Shown: one piece after another, positions 29,832-38,481 of the stretch
Layout: every line of letters starts with the position of its first letter
Numbering within the stretch: the stretch's first letter is position 1
NCBI GenBank assembly: GCA_965140415.1
Contig: OZ223209.1
Location: 4,384,001-4,448,000 of the forward strand
DNA length: 64,000 nt
Direction of reading: 5' to 3'
DNA from: Myxococcota bacterium
Lineage (GTDB): Bacteria; Myxococcota_A; SURF-8
Notes under the pieces: generated by a model
What the model was told of the DNA's origin: nothing
The model's database searches: none
Seen by the model: only the letters and a program-made list of their open reading frames with translations
Made by a program: the position numbers and the translations under genes

Positions 29832-30638
29832 TTAGCCAACCGACAGCATAGAAGAAATCCTATCGGGAGTACAGGTTTCCAAGATGCAACGATCCACGGC
29901 ATAGCAGTATTTCGAGAATCCCCGTTGCTGCAATTCGAAATGCTGGATCATGCGCAGCACCCAGCGCGGAACATCCGTTTCCGTTTTGATTTCCAGCACG
30001 ACGGGAGAATCGTCTTCGTTGCACGAAGCCGTTTCGGCATCGTCGAAGTAGACAAAGGTGTCATCCGTTAGGAAGTTAGTATCTCCATGCGTTGCGCGGG
30101 AGGAAATCCCCCGGTCGAAGGTGATTCGACAGTAGTTCTCGTAATCGCTGATATAGGGTTCACGACTGTAACGAACGTGTATAACCGGAGCGGCGCCATA
30201 TCGTAGAACCGCGTTTTCAAACGACTCACGCAAATTGCTCTTGATGACCGCACCGGGGCGCTCGCCGTTTTCCACCATCCGGCTCGCGGCTTCATCGAAA
30301 ATGCCTTCCCAGCGATCGTATTCGATTCTGCGTCGCGTCTTCCAGGTAATCTTTTGAAGCTTGTGCTTCACCTCGAGCCACAGGTATTTACCCGGCTCGT
30401 TGCCGTAAAAACGCACCCGCAACTTGAAGCGATTGAACTGCTTGAATTTCGTATCGTAGTAGAAGCGCAGATCCGGTGTGTCGAAATAGAAATTGTTCAC
30501 GTTGTAGCGATTATCCGGCCCGGCATAGGAATCCGGCGAGCACATGCACTGGATATAATCCCGAATCGCCCGAGCTTTAGACTCGCTGATGAGGCACTTC
30601 GTTTCGTAACGACTGATGACAACTCGTTCATCCTTCAT
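29832..30638 (-). CDS. VTC-domain (polyphosphate polymerase, CYTH-like) protein
   Basis: RYETK, YFDTPDL, KLRVRFY, LEVK, YSRE, RITFD, VLEIK and FSKY motifs. Confidence 0.9.
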   Translation of the reverse strand: MKDERVVISRYETKCLISESKARAIRDYIQCMCSPDSYAGPDNRYNVNNFYFDTPDLRFYYDTKFKQFNRFKLRVRFYGNEPGKYLWLEVKHKLQKITWKTRRRIEYDRWEGIFDEAASRMVENGERPGAVIKSNLRESFENAVLRYGAAPVIHVRYSREPYISDYENYCRITFDRGISSRATHGDTNFLTDDTFVYFDDAETASCNEDDSPVVLEIKTETDVPRWVLRMIQHFELQQRGFSKYCYAVDRCILETCTPDRISSMLSVG

Positions 30639-30658
30639 GATCCACCTCGATGTAAATC

Positions 30659-31933
30659 CTACTTGGTCAATGAACGCTCGCTTTGCACCCCTACTATAGT
30701 AGACACATTGATGGCTTCAATTGTTACATCGTAAACCGCTTCTTTGAGCATGATTTTCATTTCAATATCCGAAATCTCCAGATCTAGGATCTCATCCTGT
30801 GGCAGTTGCTGCGACTTCGCCTGCTGGATCAGTTGCTCCATTTCACCAAGCGACACTTGTGCCTCTTGCTTCAAAGCCTGATATTCCCCAAATGCCTGCC
30901 GGTATTTCACCATTGCCTTTGAGAGATCCCGGTCGACTTTCGTCTGCTCGGCTTCATGGAAAAGCGAGAGGTTGTTTCGTTCGATTTTCGTGGAGCGCAA
31001 CTTTCCGAGATTCCAGTTGAACAGGGGCACCTCGATTCCCAATACCAGTTCACCCCAATCCGTCTTTTGACTTTCGTAGTGATAGTTCGCCTCGACGAAG
31101 GAAAACCAGGGAATGAGCTTGAAGCGTTCCGCCCGGTAACGACTTTGCGCCAGAGCCATCCTTCGCTTGGAAAGCTCCGCTTCCGGGCGATTGGAAAACG
31201 CCACGGTTTGCAGTGTCTCATCATCCAGCACAAGTTCCACCGGCTCGGATTCAATTACGGTCACGTTCTCTGAAACGCCAACAAGCCTGGCGAAATGCTT
31301 TTTGGTTTCGCTATAGCGACCAGCAATTCCCATGGCCTCGCGCTTGGCCTTGACGAAACGCCGTCTGGCCTTCATGCGATTCCCAAGCGAACGACTACCT
31401 AATTCGCAAAACTTGGAGACGATTTCATTTCGACGTTCTTCCAACTCCTGCTTGCGCTGTGTCAACTCCGTAAGAGATTGCAATAGAACCAGTTCCGCAT
31501 AGGTTTCGCGAATGTCGGAGATCACGTCCATCTTCAAGTCGAAGGCATCGACCCGTTCTTCCCAAAGATCGACCTGACTTTCAGCCTGCTTCTCACTCAA
31601 CTCGCCGATTCTCGGCAAACGCCAGCGAAGGCCGATTTGGAATTCCTGATTGTCCACGCTCGAATCGAAATACTTCGTGGAAAGATCGCGAAAGCGAAGT
31701 TCGGGGTTATCGACTTCGAAGCGGGAAAAGTCGGCGACTTTCTTTCTTGCCAGGACCTGTGCGTTTGCCTTGTTGAGTTCGGCACTTTTTTCAAGTCCTC
31801 GTTCAATCGCAGCGGCTTCGGTAATGACGTTTGTACCTTGTTCGGCAGAGGCCGCCAGACTCGGAAGCAGCAGAAACGCAACGAATCCGACCAGCACTGC
31901 TTTTTGTAGTGTTGCGTATGTCATGACGATCAC
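30659..31933 (-). CDS. TolC-family outer-membrane protein
   Basis: Signal peptide, NPEL, NRPE, LGIEVPLFNWN OEP motifs, long helices. Confidence 0.8.
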   Translation of the reverse strand: MIVMTYATLQKAVLVGFVAFLLLPSLAASAEQGTNVITEAAAIERGLEKSAELNKANAQVLARKKVADFSRFEVDNPELRFRDLSTKYFDSSVDNQEFQIGLRWRLPRIGELSEKQAESQVDLWEERVDAFDLKMDVISDIRETYAELVLLQSLTELTQRKQELEERRNEIVSKFCELGSRSLGNRMKARRRFVKAKREAMGIAGRYSETKKHFARLVGVSENVTVIESEPVELVLDDETLQTVAFSNRPEAELSKRRMALAQSRYRAERFKLIPWFSFVEANYHYESQKTDWGELVLGIEVPLFNWNLGKLRSTKIERNNLSLFHEAEQTKVDRDLSKAMVKYRQAFGEYQALKQEAQVSLGEMEQLIQQAKSQQLPQDEILDLEISDIEMKIMLKEAVYDVTIEAINVSTIVGVQSERSLTK

Positions 31934-33147
31934 AACTTGGTGTTGGAGGAATCGGGTGCGGCCTCCGGTTTTGCGGCATCACTTGCAGCAGGAGGCAGCA
32001 TTTTCGGTTCGTTTTCCACAGCCTTCGACGGAAGCGGCTCCGAAGGGCTCTTGTTGTAGCTGTCCAACAAAGCCTGGGTGGAAGCCGGAATTCCGCTTAA
32101 CAATTTCACCTGGGCGGCCTCACCCGGCACAAGGTTGTCGCCGTCGTCTATTTTCACTCGGAATTTTCTGGCCCAGTAGATCAGCTTTCGAAATGCCAGC
32201 CGCTCGGGAATCGACGAATAGCTCGGGTCCACAAACACGACGGTTCCGCCTGCGGCATACTGCCCCGTACGATGCGGATAGATACCGACACGTTCACCAA
32301 GGCGGGGAATGGTATCGGATGTTTCCGGCACATAAGCATCGATGAATTCGGCATCCGGTTCTTCAACCGTTAGAATCGTGGCAAACGCCTCGACGGAATC
32401 GCCCGGCAGGTAGTTGATTTTCACCACGCGCCCCTCGCAGGGGGTGATGACCTTGATTCGGTTCATGCGGGTATCCAGGATTTTCAACCGCAAGCGAATT
32501 TCATGGATGCGGTCCATACGGTCACTCAACATCGACAGCACCACCCGCTCGCCTTCGCTCTCGCCCCAACTCGACCGGGACGTTTTCTTGGAAGAAGACG
32601 TTTTGTTTCTTTCCGTGCTCTGCGACTGAATGAAACGGGTCAGCGTATCGCGCCGGATGATCAAATTCGAAAGTTCCTCGGGACGCCCCAAGCCCTCTTT
32701 CTGCGCAGCCGTCAAGCGTTCGATTTCTCCATTGACTGCGGCCAGTTCCGCTTTCTTCATTTCAAGTTCCGAGCGCCACTGTCCCAAACGCGAGGCATCC
32801 GTTTCGCTTTGCAGACGGAGTTTTTCGTATTCCAACGAAAAGCGACTGCGGTCGGCTTCCATCATGTCTTCCAGGCGCACCAGTTCCTGCTCCAACCACT
32901 CTTTTTCCGCTTCCAGATCGGTGCTGTCCAACGTTACGAGCAATTGATTGGCCTGCACTTGATCGCCCAAGGTGACGAAAATGCGGTCGATGCGACCGGA
33001 TTCCTGGGCGCTCAATTTATGGGTGCGCGTTTCCACTACACCGATGAAATCGATGTCGATTGCGAAAAAGTAGTACATCACGGCAGATAAAATCGCGATC
33101 AATCCCCAGGCTACCCAAAATACATTCTGTCTTTTTAAAGCTTTCAC
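31930..33147 (-). CDS. HlyD-family membrane-fusion protein
   Basis: N-terminal TM, SAQESGRIDRIFVTLGDQV, long coiled coil, ITPCEGRV..PGDSV, LVPGE. Confidence 0.85.
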   Translation of the reverse strand: MKALKRQNVFWVAWGLIAILSAVMYYFFAIDIDFIGVVETRTHKLSAQESGRIDRIFVTLGDQVQANQLLVTLDSTDLEAEKEWLEQELVRLEDMMEADRSRFSLEYEKLRLQSETDASRLGQWRSELEMKKAELAAVNGEIERLTAAQKEGLGRPEELSNLIIRRDTLTRFIQSQSTERNKTSSSKKTSRSSWGESEGERVVLSMLSDRMDRIHEIRLRLKILDTRMNRIKVITPCEGRVVKINYLPGDSVEAFATILTVEEPDAEFIDAYVPETSDTIPRLGERVGIYPHRTGQYAAGGTVVFVDPSYSSIPERLAFRKLIYWARKFRVKIDDGDNLVPGEAAQVKLLSGIPASTQALLDSYNKSPSEPLPSKAVENEPKMLPPAASDAAKPEAAPDSSNTKL

Positions 33148-33154
33148 GATTCAC

Positions 33155-33835
33155 CTACACTTCCACGGTTGTCTGTTGATTCAGGTACGACAACCCTCGG
33201 ATACCTTCGATTTTTTCAAGTTCAGCCAACAACCGGTCGCAGTCGCGTTCATTATTGAAGCGCACCTGGTAGGCATAATCCATCATTTCGCCCTGCGCCA
33301 CGCTCCGCTTGGTAACCAATGCAAAATGACTTGGTATGCTTCCGATGATTTCGGCTACCTTTGTGGAACTGTCATTTCCGGAAGGCGCTTGAAAACGAAC
33401 CAGGCCGTCGTGATTGCGTCGCTGCCCGAAAGAAGTGGCCTGCATGATGACCGCCGCAAAGGCAAACATGGCGGCTCCGACAACGGCGGTGTGATAACTC
33501 TGCACACCGCAAGCAACACCGACACCCAGAGACGCGAATAAAAACACCAGATCGCGTGGGTCGCGCAAGTTGGTTCGGAAACGGATAATCGCCAGCGATC
33601 CGACAATACCGATGCCGCGTGCGACGTTATCACCGATGGCGATCATGATCAGACTGGCGATCATGCTGCCTAAAACCATTGCCTGTAGTAAATTGCTCGA
33701 CCAGGACAAGCCTTTGAAGGTTTTTTCGTATACCTTGGCCAACAAGCTGGACAACAAAAAGGCCAGTAATAATGACAGCATCGTGTGATGCCATTCCAAT
33801 TTTACCGAACCGAAGCTGAGCAATAAACTTTCCAT
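33155..33835 (-). CDS. DUF4956 membrane protein (MgtC-like TM bundle + ACT-like C-terminus)
   Basis: IGDNVARGIGIVGSLAIIRFRT..DPRDLVFLF..GVACG signature. Confidence 0.88.
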   Translation of the reverse strand: MESLLLSFGSVKLEWHHTMLSLLLAFLLSSLLAKVYEKTFKGLSWSSNLLQAMVLGSMIASLIMIAIGDNVARGIGIVGSLAIIRFRTNLRDPRDLVFLFASLGVGVACGVQSYHTAVVGAAMFAFAAVIMQATSFGQRRNHDGLVRFQAPSGNDSSTKVAEIIGSIPSHFALVTKRSVAQGEMMDYAYQVRFNNERDCDRLLAELEKIEGIRGLSYLNQQTTVEV

Positions 33836-33891
33836 CTTCTTCTCGCTTTTCTTCCATGCACAACTTCAGGCATAGCCGTGCAAGCTACCGA

Positions 33892-34413
33892 TTACATCCA
33901 ACGCTCCAGATGGGAACGCGCCTGCTTTATGTACAAGGGATTTCCAGTCGCCGCGAAGCCGTTGACCTCCTCAAACGGGAAGTTCTGGGCTGCAATCGAC
34001 CCCATTGCAAAAATATCGTCTATAACACCCTTAAAATCGGCATCAAAGACAGAATCATCACCTTTTAAAACCGCCACACGAAAATTGCCTATCCCCTGGC
34101 TTGAAGATTCTCCGCAATCGGAAACATCAGCTTCCCACTCTATCCACTTTTTCAAATCACCAAGGCGACCGACATCCGGTTTCATATAGGTATAATGGTT
34201 AGCATCCGTTTGAAGTGCAGTCCAGGACAAAATGACTTGAAGCGCTCCAATTAGATCCTGAATTTCTTGCACTTGCTTTTCACGGAAGGAAAAAGTGGGA
34301 TGATCCATATCTTCGGGAAAACACTCCCGAATCGTGCCGATGACGATCAGCGAAACGACCTTTTGGATAATTATTCGACGTATTGTGTGACTATTCAACA
34401 CGAAGGGTTCCAT
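33892..34413 (-). CDS. Hypothetical protein (first gene upstream of DUF4956)
   Basis: Longest ORF in the gap, same strand as the VTC operon; start uncertain (ATG 34413 chosen). Confidence 0.5.
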   Translation of the reverse strand: MEPFVLNSHTIRRIIIQKVVSLIVIGTIRECFPEDMDHPTFSFREKQVQEIQDLIGALQVILSWTALQTDANHYTYMKPDVGRLGDLKKWIEWEADVSDCGESSSQGIGNFRVAVLKGDDSVFDADFKGVIDDIFAMGSIAAQNFPFEEVNGFAATGNPLYIKQARSHLERWM

Positions 34414-34616
34414 AATCTTTCTCATCCAGCTCCAACACCCGTATTCACAGGCAATTCTTGCATCGACACTGCAACCACCGCCATCTTTGCAAAAATAAAT
34501 ATACTCACCTAATCTTAAGACTTTCTTAAGCATTGTTAGATATATCATATTTTGATAATGTTTTTTTAACGATTCAATAATAATTGTTGAATCCTCGGAC
34601 TAAGGAACGGCTCGCC

Positions 34617-35285
34617 ATGACAGATACGATTCTCCTTATCGAAGATGATGAGGAACTGGGCAGTCAAATCGTCGAACATCTTCGGAAAGCCGGATTCTGG
34701 ACGATCTGGAAGAAGGAAGGAGAACGGCTGTTAGAGAATGCTGCACCCGAATTCTCGCTGCTGATTCTAGACTTGATGCTGCCTGGAACCTGGGGGATCG
34801 ACATTCTCAAGCATCTGCGTAGCTACTCGGACGTTCCCGTTCTGGTATTGAGCGCGCGCAATCAAACGGCAGACAAAGTCCGGGCATTTAGACAAGGCGC
34901 GGATGATTACATGACGAAGCCTTTCTGGCCGGAAGAGTTGATCGAGCGCGTTCGGGCGAGATTACGTCGTCCGGTCATGCAAAAAGAAGGACCGGTGGAA
35001 ATCGATTCACTGACCATCGATGTCGCAAGACGCGAGATTACGAAAGAGGACAAGCAGATCGACTTGACCCGTGTCGAATTTGACCTGCTCGCGGCCTTGG
35101 TCCACAGACGCGGTGAAGCGGTGACCCGGCGTTGGCTGGTGGACAACATTCTCGATCCGGATAAGGACGGCACCGAGCGCACACTGGACGTTCACATTTC
35201 GCATCTCAGAAAGAAACTGACCGTCGATAACCTGATCGAGACCGTTTGGGGAATCGGCTACCGCCTGAAAACGGAAAAGAATTAA
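34617..35285 (+). CDS. OmpR/PhoB-family response regulator
   Basis: LLIEDD, LDLMLPG, GADDYMTKPF; winged helix DVHISHLRKKL..TVWGIGY. Confidence 0.95.
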   Translation: MTDTILLIEDDEELGSQIVEHLRKAGFWTIWKKEGERLLENAAPEFSLLILDLMLPGTWGIDILKHLRSYSDVPVLVLSARNQTADKVRAFRQGADDYMTKPFWPEELIERVRARLRRPVMQKEGPVEIDSLTIDVARREITKEDKQIDLTRVEFDLLAALVHRRGEAVTRRWLVDNILDPDKDGTERTLDVHISHLRKKLTVDNLIETVWGIGYRLKTEKN

Positions 35286-36898
35286 TGACCCTGCGCCTTC
35301 GCCTAGCTTTGACCACCCTGTTGGTGGGACTTCCCGTACTGATCGGGTTCTGGGTCGTGCAGTATTACTTTGAGGAACGTTTAGACAAAGAATCCATTTC
35401 CCAGTTCGTACTGGCGTACATGCAAAGCGGGGGCCGTGAAGAGTGCGAAGCGAATCCCGCTTTGTGGAACGGTGGAAAGCTTGGCCGTATGCCTTCGATG
35501 TCCGATAATCACCCCCCCGAGATGCCGATGAATCAAGACGACCCTGCCGACCCATGGAACCGGGACCCCGGCGGCGGACCTCCGGGCGATATGCCTCCGA
35601 ATCGAGACGACAGAAATCCGCCTCCACACAAAATGGATGGGATTTACGCCTATAACGCAGGGTATCAGTCCAGCAATAAAGACGCGCCTTCATTGGCCAC
35701 AGAATTGACCGAACAGATCGAAGCAGGAGACAGCGTCGCCCAGCGCCTGATCGAAGATAAGCGGATGCAGTGCCGCCCGCCAAACTGCAGGCAGATTTTT
35801 TTTAGACCACATCCACCGAACGGACCAAAGAAGCCCATGCTGCGCGAAGTGCTGATCCGCATGCCGTGGAACGAGGGTCCCTGCGCACGCATCCTGGTTC
35901 GACGTCCCGCGCCGCCGTTTATCCATCGCGCAGGCCGCATCATTCCCACCACTCAAATCTGGCTGCTTCCGTTTTTCGCCGTGCTGGCGGCGCTGCTGTT
36001 TTCCATCGGTCCGGTCGTAAAACGGATTCGTTTACTGACGCTCGAAGTTCGCGAATTCGCCAAGGGACAATACAAACCGACGGTAACAGTAAAAGGAAAA
36101 GACGAAATCGGCGAACTGGCTCGCGCTTTCAAAGTCGCTGGGGAAGAAATCCGTACGCAGATCGCCAAACAGGAACTTCGGGAACGGACACTGCGCAACT
36201 TCCTTGAAAACACCACCCATGACGTCATGATCCCGCTGACGGTATTGCAAGGCCACTTAAGCGACATGATGGAGCGCACACACGGCGCTGAAGAAATGGA
36301 TGCAGACCTGGTCAGTTCCGCCATGAACGAGGCGCAATACATCTCCTCCCTGATCGAAAATCTGTTGATTGCGGCAAAGATCGAAGAGGGTGAACCGAGC
36401 CTGCACTGGACACAAGTCAACATGAATTCGTTGATCGAGCGAGTGATCGGACGCCATCAGCCGATCGCCCGGCCCAAGCTGGTTACGCTTGAATATGCGG
36501 TTCCCGAAATACCGTTGATTGTAGACGGAGACATTACCTTCATCGAACAGGCTGTGAATAATATTGTTTACAATGCAATCAATCACAATCTGCCGCAGGG
36601 CCATGTGGCCGTGGTACTGGAACCGGAAGGAGCAGATGACTTCATATTGCGTGTTATCGACGACGGTCCCGGCATTGCCGAAGAAGAACTTTCCAGACTT
36701 GTAGACCGCTGGTTTAGAGGTAACGCCGCGCGAAGTCGCGGAACGAAAGGCCAGGGCCTGGGTCTGAGTATCGCCTATCAACTTGCCAAACTGCACCATT
36801 GGAGTTTCGAGCTGAGTCGTTCCTCTTTCGGAGGATTGCAGGTCGAACTTGCAGGAAAACGCATAAGTAACGAGGATCACTCCAGCAATTCCGAATAG
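35285..36898 (+). CDS. HAMP-domain sensor histidine kinase
   Basis: Two TMs, HAMP (DEIGELARAF), H-box THDVMIPL, N-box NIVYNA, DDGPG, GLGLSI; start overlaps the regulator stop. Confidence 0.93.
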   Translation: MTLRLRLALTTLLVGLPVLIGFWVVQYYFEERLDKESISQFVLAYMQSGGREECEANPALWNGGKLGRMPSMSDNHPPEMPMNQDDPADPWNRDPGGGPPGDMPPNRDDRNPPPHKMDGIYAYNAGYQSSNKDAPSLATELTEQIEAGDSVAQRLIEDKRMQCRPPNCRQIFFRPHPPNGPKKPMLREVLIRMPWNEGPCARILVRRPAPPFIHRAGRIIPTTQIWLLPFFAVLAALLFSIGPVVKRIRLLTLEVREFAKGQYKPTVTVKGKDEIGELARAFKVAGEEIRTQIAKQELRERTLRNFLENTTHDVMIPLTVLQGHLSDMMERTHGAEEMDADLVSSAMNEAQYISSLIENLLIAAKIEEGEPSLHWTQVNMNSLIERVIGRHQPIARPKLVTLEYAVPEIPLIVDGDITFIEQAVNNIVYNAINHNLPQGHVAVVLEPEGADDFILRVIDDGPGIAEEELSRLVDRWFRGNAARSRGTKGQGLGLSIAYQLAKLHHWSFELSRSSFGGLQVELAGKRISNEDHSSNSE

Positions 36899-37047
36899 CA
36901 ACGGCGAGCTTAATTTTCACTGAAAAAATTAATTCGTTTGAGTGCGTTTAGTGCTTGCAAATCCATTTTCGACTAGATATAGTAAGGGTGAGGGTGACAT
37001 TAACCACCCGTCGGGGAGCTTTACATCATTGATTTTGTTTTCTGGTT

Positions 37048-38154
37048 TTGTTCCTTGCATTTTCGTGTTCGATGAATTTTGAAGTCCTGACGGGTATCGC
37101 AACAAGCGCGGGCGCTACCATGGACGAGGTCATTGGCAGAAATTCCGAGGGGTTGCAGCATTCTAGGCGAAGGGAAGCTGTCAGCAGCACCACTTCGAAC
37201 CAATTATCTATCAATGAAATTCTAAATCTTCTTCACACTCCCTTAGACATTTTAGAACTGCAAGCTGAAGAAATCACAAGAGATCAATTTCAGGGGCGGG
37301 TAATGCCGATGGCGTCCATCTCGTTCAGCAACTACTGCAAATTGAATTGCTCTCATTGTCGCTATCGCAAAGATCATCAGGAATTACAACGATTTCGGAT
37401 GATTCCGGAAAACATCATCAACACAGCAAAACAAGTTGTCAACCAGGGAACGAGCCGCATTCTGCTGCGCAGCAGCTACGATGTCGCCTACTCCAGCGAA
37501 ATGCTCAGTTCCATCATTCGAGAGATCTCTTCTCTGGGTCCGGTATCGGTACATGCTCAATTCGGAACGAGACCTCATAAAGATTATAAAGACTGGAAAA
37601 AAGCCGGCTTGTACGGATACGCCTTACGTTTTGTGACCAGTTCCAAAAAGCTGATGCGCTGGCTTTGCGACCGTGACTATCCTGCACAACCGGAAGTTGA
37701 TTTAGGTGTTTTGAATCGACTCGGTGTTTTTTTGGCCTGTGGCTCCACTCTTGGGCTGCCACGCCAGAGTTTGGAAGACATTGCAACGGATCTTGAACTT
37801 TTCGCCAGACATTCCGTGGACATGCTGATCCTTACGCCCTTCACTCCGCATCCCATGACACCGCTTGCACTGGCTCCGGCAATGCCCTCCGGTCTGTATC
37901 GAAGAGTGATGGCCGTCGCTCGTATTCTGATTCCGGAAGTGGATATCTTAGTCAGCGAGAACGCCATAGCCAGCCGCATTGACATGGAAGACCTGCTGCG
38001 CATCGGAGCGACTTCCATTCTGATCAATGCCCTCCCAAACGTGTATGAAGACCGGGATGTACGCACCTCGTATCGACAACAGGCGGTTACCTTTAAAGAT
38101 CGCCTCGATTTTTATACCGCCCGAATCGAAAGCGCCGGTTTTACATTCGTCTAA
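37048..38154 (+). CDS. Radical SAM protein, BioB/HydE/PylB-like (start uncertain)
   Basis: SNYCKLNCSHCRY (CX3CX2C); GLPRQSLEDIA..PFTPHPMTPL..AVARILIP, typical of the HydE-like fold. Confidence 0.8.
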   Translation: MFLAFSCSMNFEVLTGIATSAGATMDEVIGRNSEGLQHSRRREAVSSTTSNQLSINEILNLLHTPLDILELQAEEITRDQFQGRVMPMASISFSNYCKLNCSHCRYRKDHQELQRFRMIPENIINTAKQVVNQGTSRILLRSSYDVAYSSEMLSSIIREISSLGPVSVHAQFGTRPHKDYKDWKKAGLYGYALRFVTSSKKLMRWLCDRDYPAQPEVDLGVLNRLGVFLACGSTLGLPRQSLEDIATDLELFARHSVDMLILTPFTPHPMTPLALAPAMPSGLYRRVMAVARILIPEVDILVSENAIASRIDMEDLLRIGATSILINALPNVYEDRDVRTSYRQQAVTFKDRLDFYTARIESAGFTFV

Positions 38155-38173
38155 GTAGCTGAATCAAGGTTCT

Positions 38174-38373
38174 AATCCACAAGACCCACCATCAAGGAAG
38201 GGATTCCCTTCCGCCTTACGTCACCTGCCACGCATCATATAGCGGTGGGAGGCATGGGCGAACCGTAGGTTGCCCATGCGCCGGAACAAGAACACGGGCA
38301 AGCTCCATTCCATTCCGCTTAGCCACGTGCCACCCTTTGCCATGGCCACCCGTCCGGGGAAGGGAAAAGGAAG
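38174..38373. repeat. ~200-bp dispersed structured element, copy 1 (contains a REP doublet)
   Basis: First 65 bp match 62661-62725 at 62/65; 3' GGGGAAGGGAA.AGGAAG block also shared. Confidence 0.7.
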
Positions 38374-38481
38374 GTCAAGCTTTCGCAACCCCACTCGAAA
38401 TCAACAGATTCATTCGGCAAGGTTGCCTTTTTCTAAAACAACCCGCATAATCGAAGCAGACTTTCCATTATTGCAAGGCAG

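Noticed and set aside
37048-38154. Calling this gene hydE or bioB
   Set aside because: Family motifs are divergent and no hydrogenase-maturation or biotin genes are adjacent.
38174-38238. Cobalamin riboswitch (GGGAA..ACCTGCC-like words)
   Set aside because: Lacks the B12-box and GCCACTG core, and recurs downstream of genes as a dispersed repeat.
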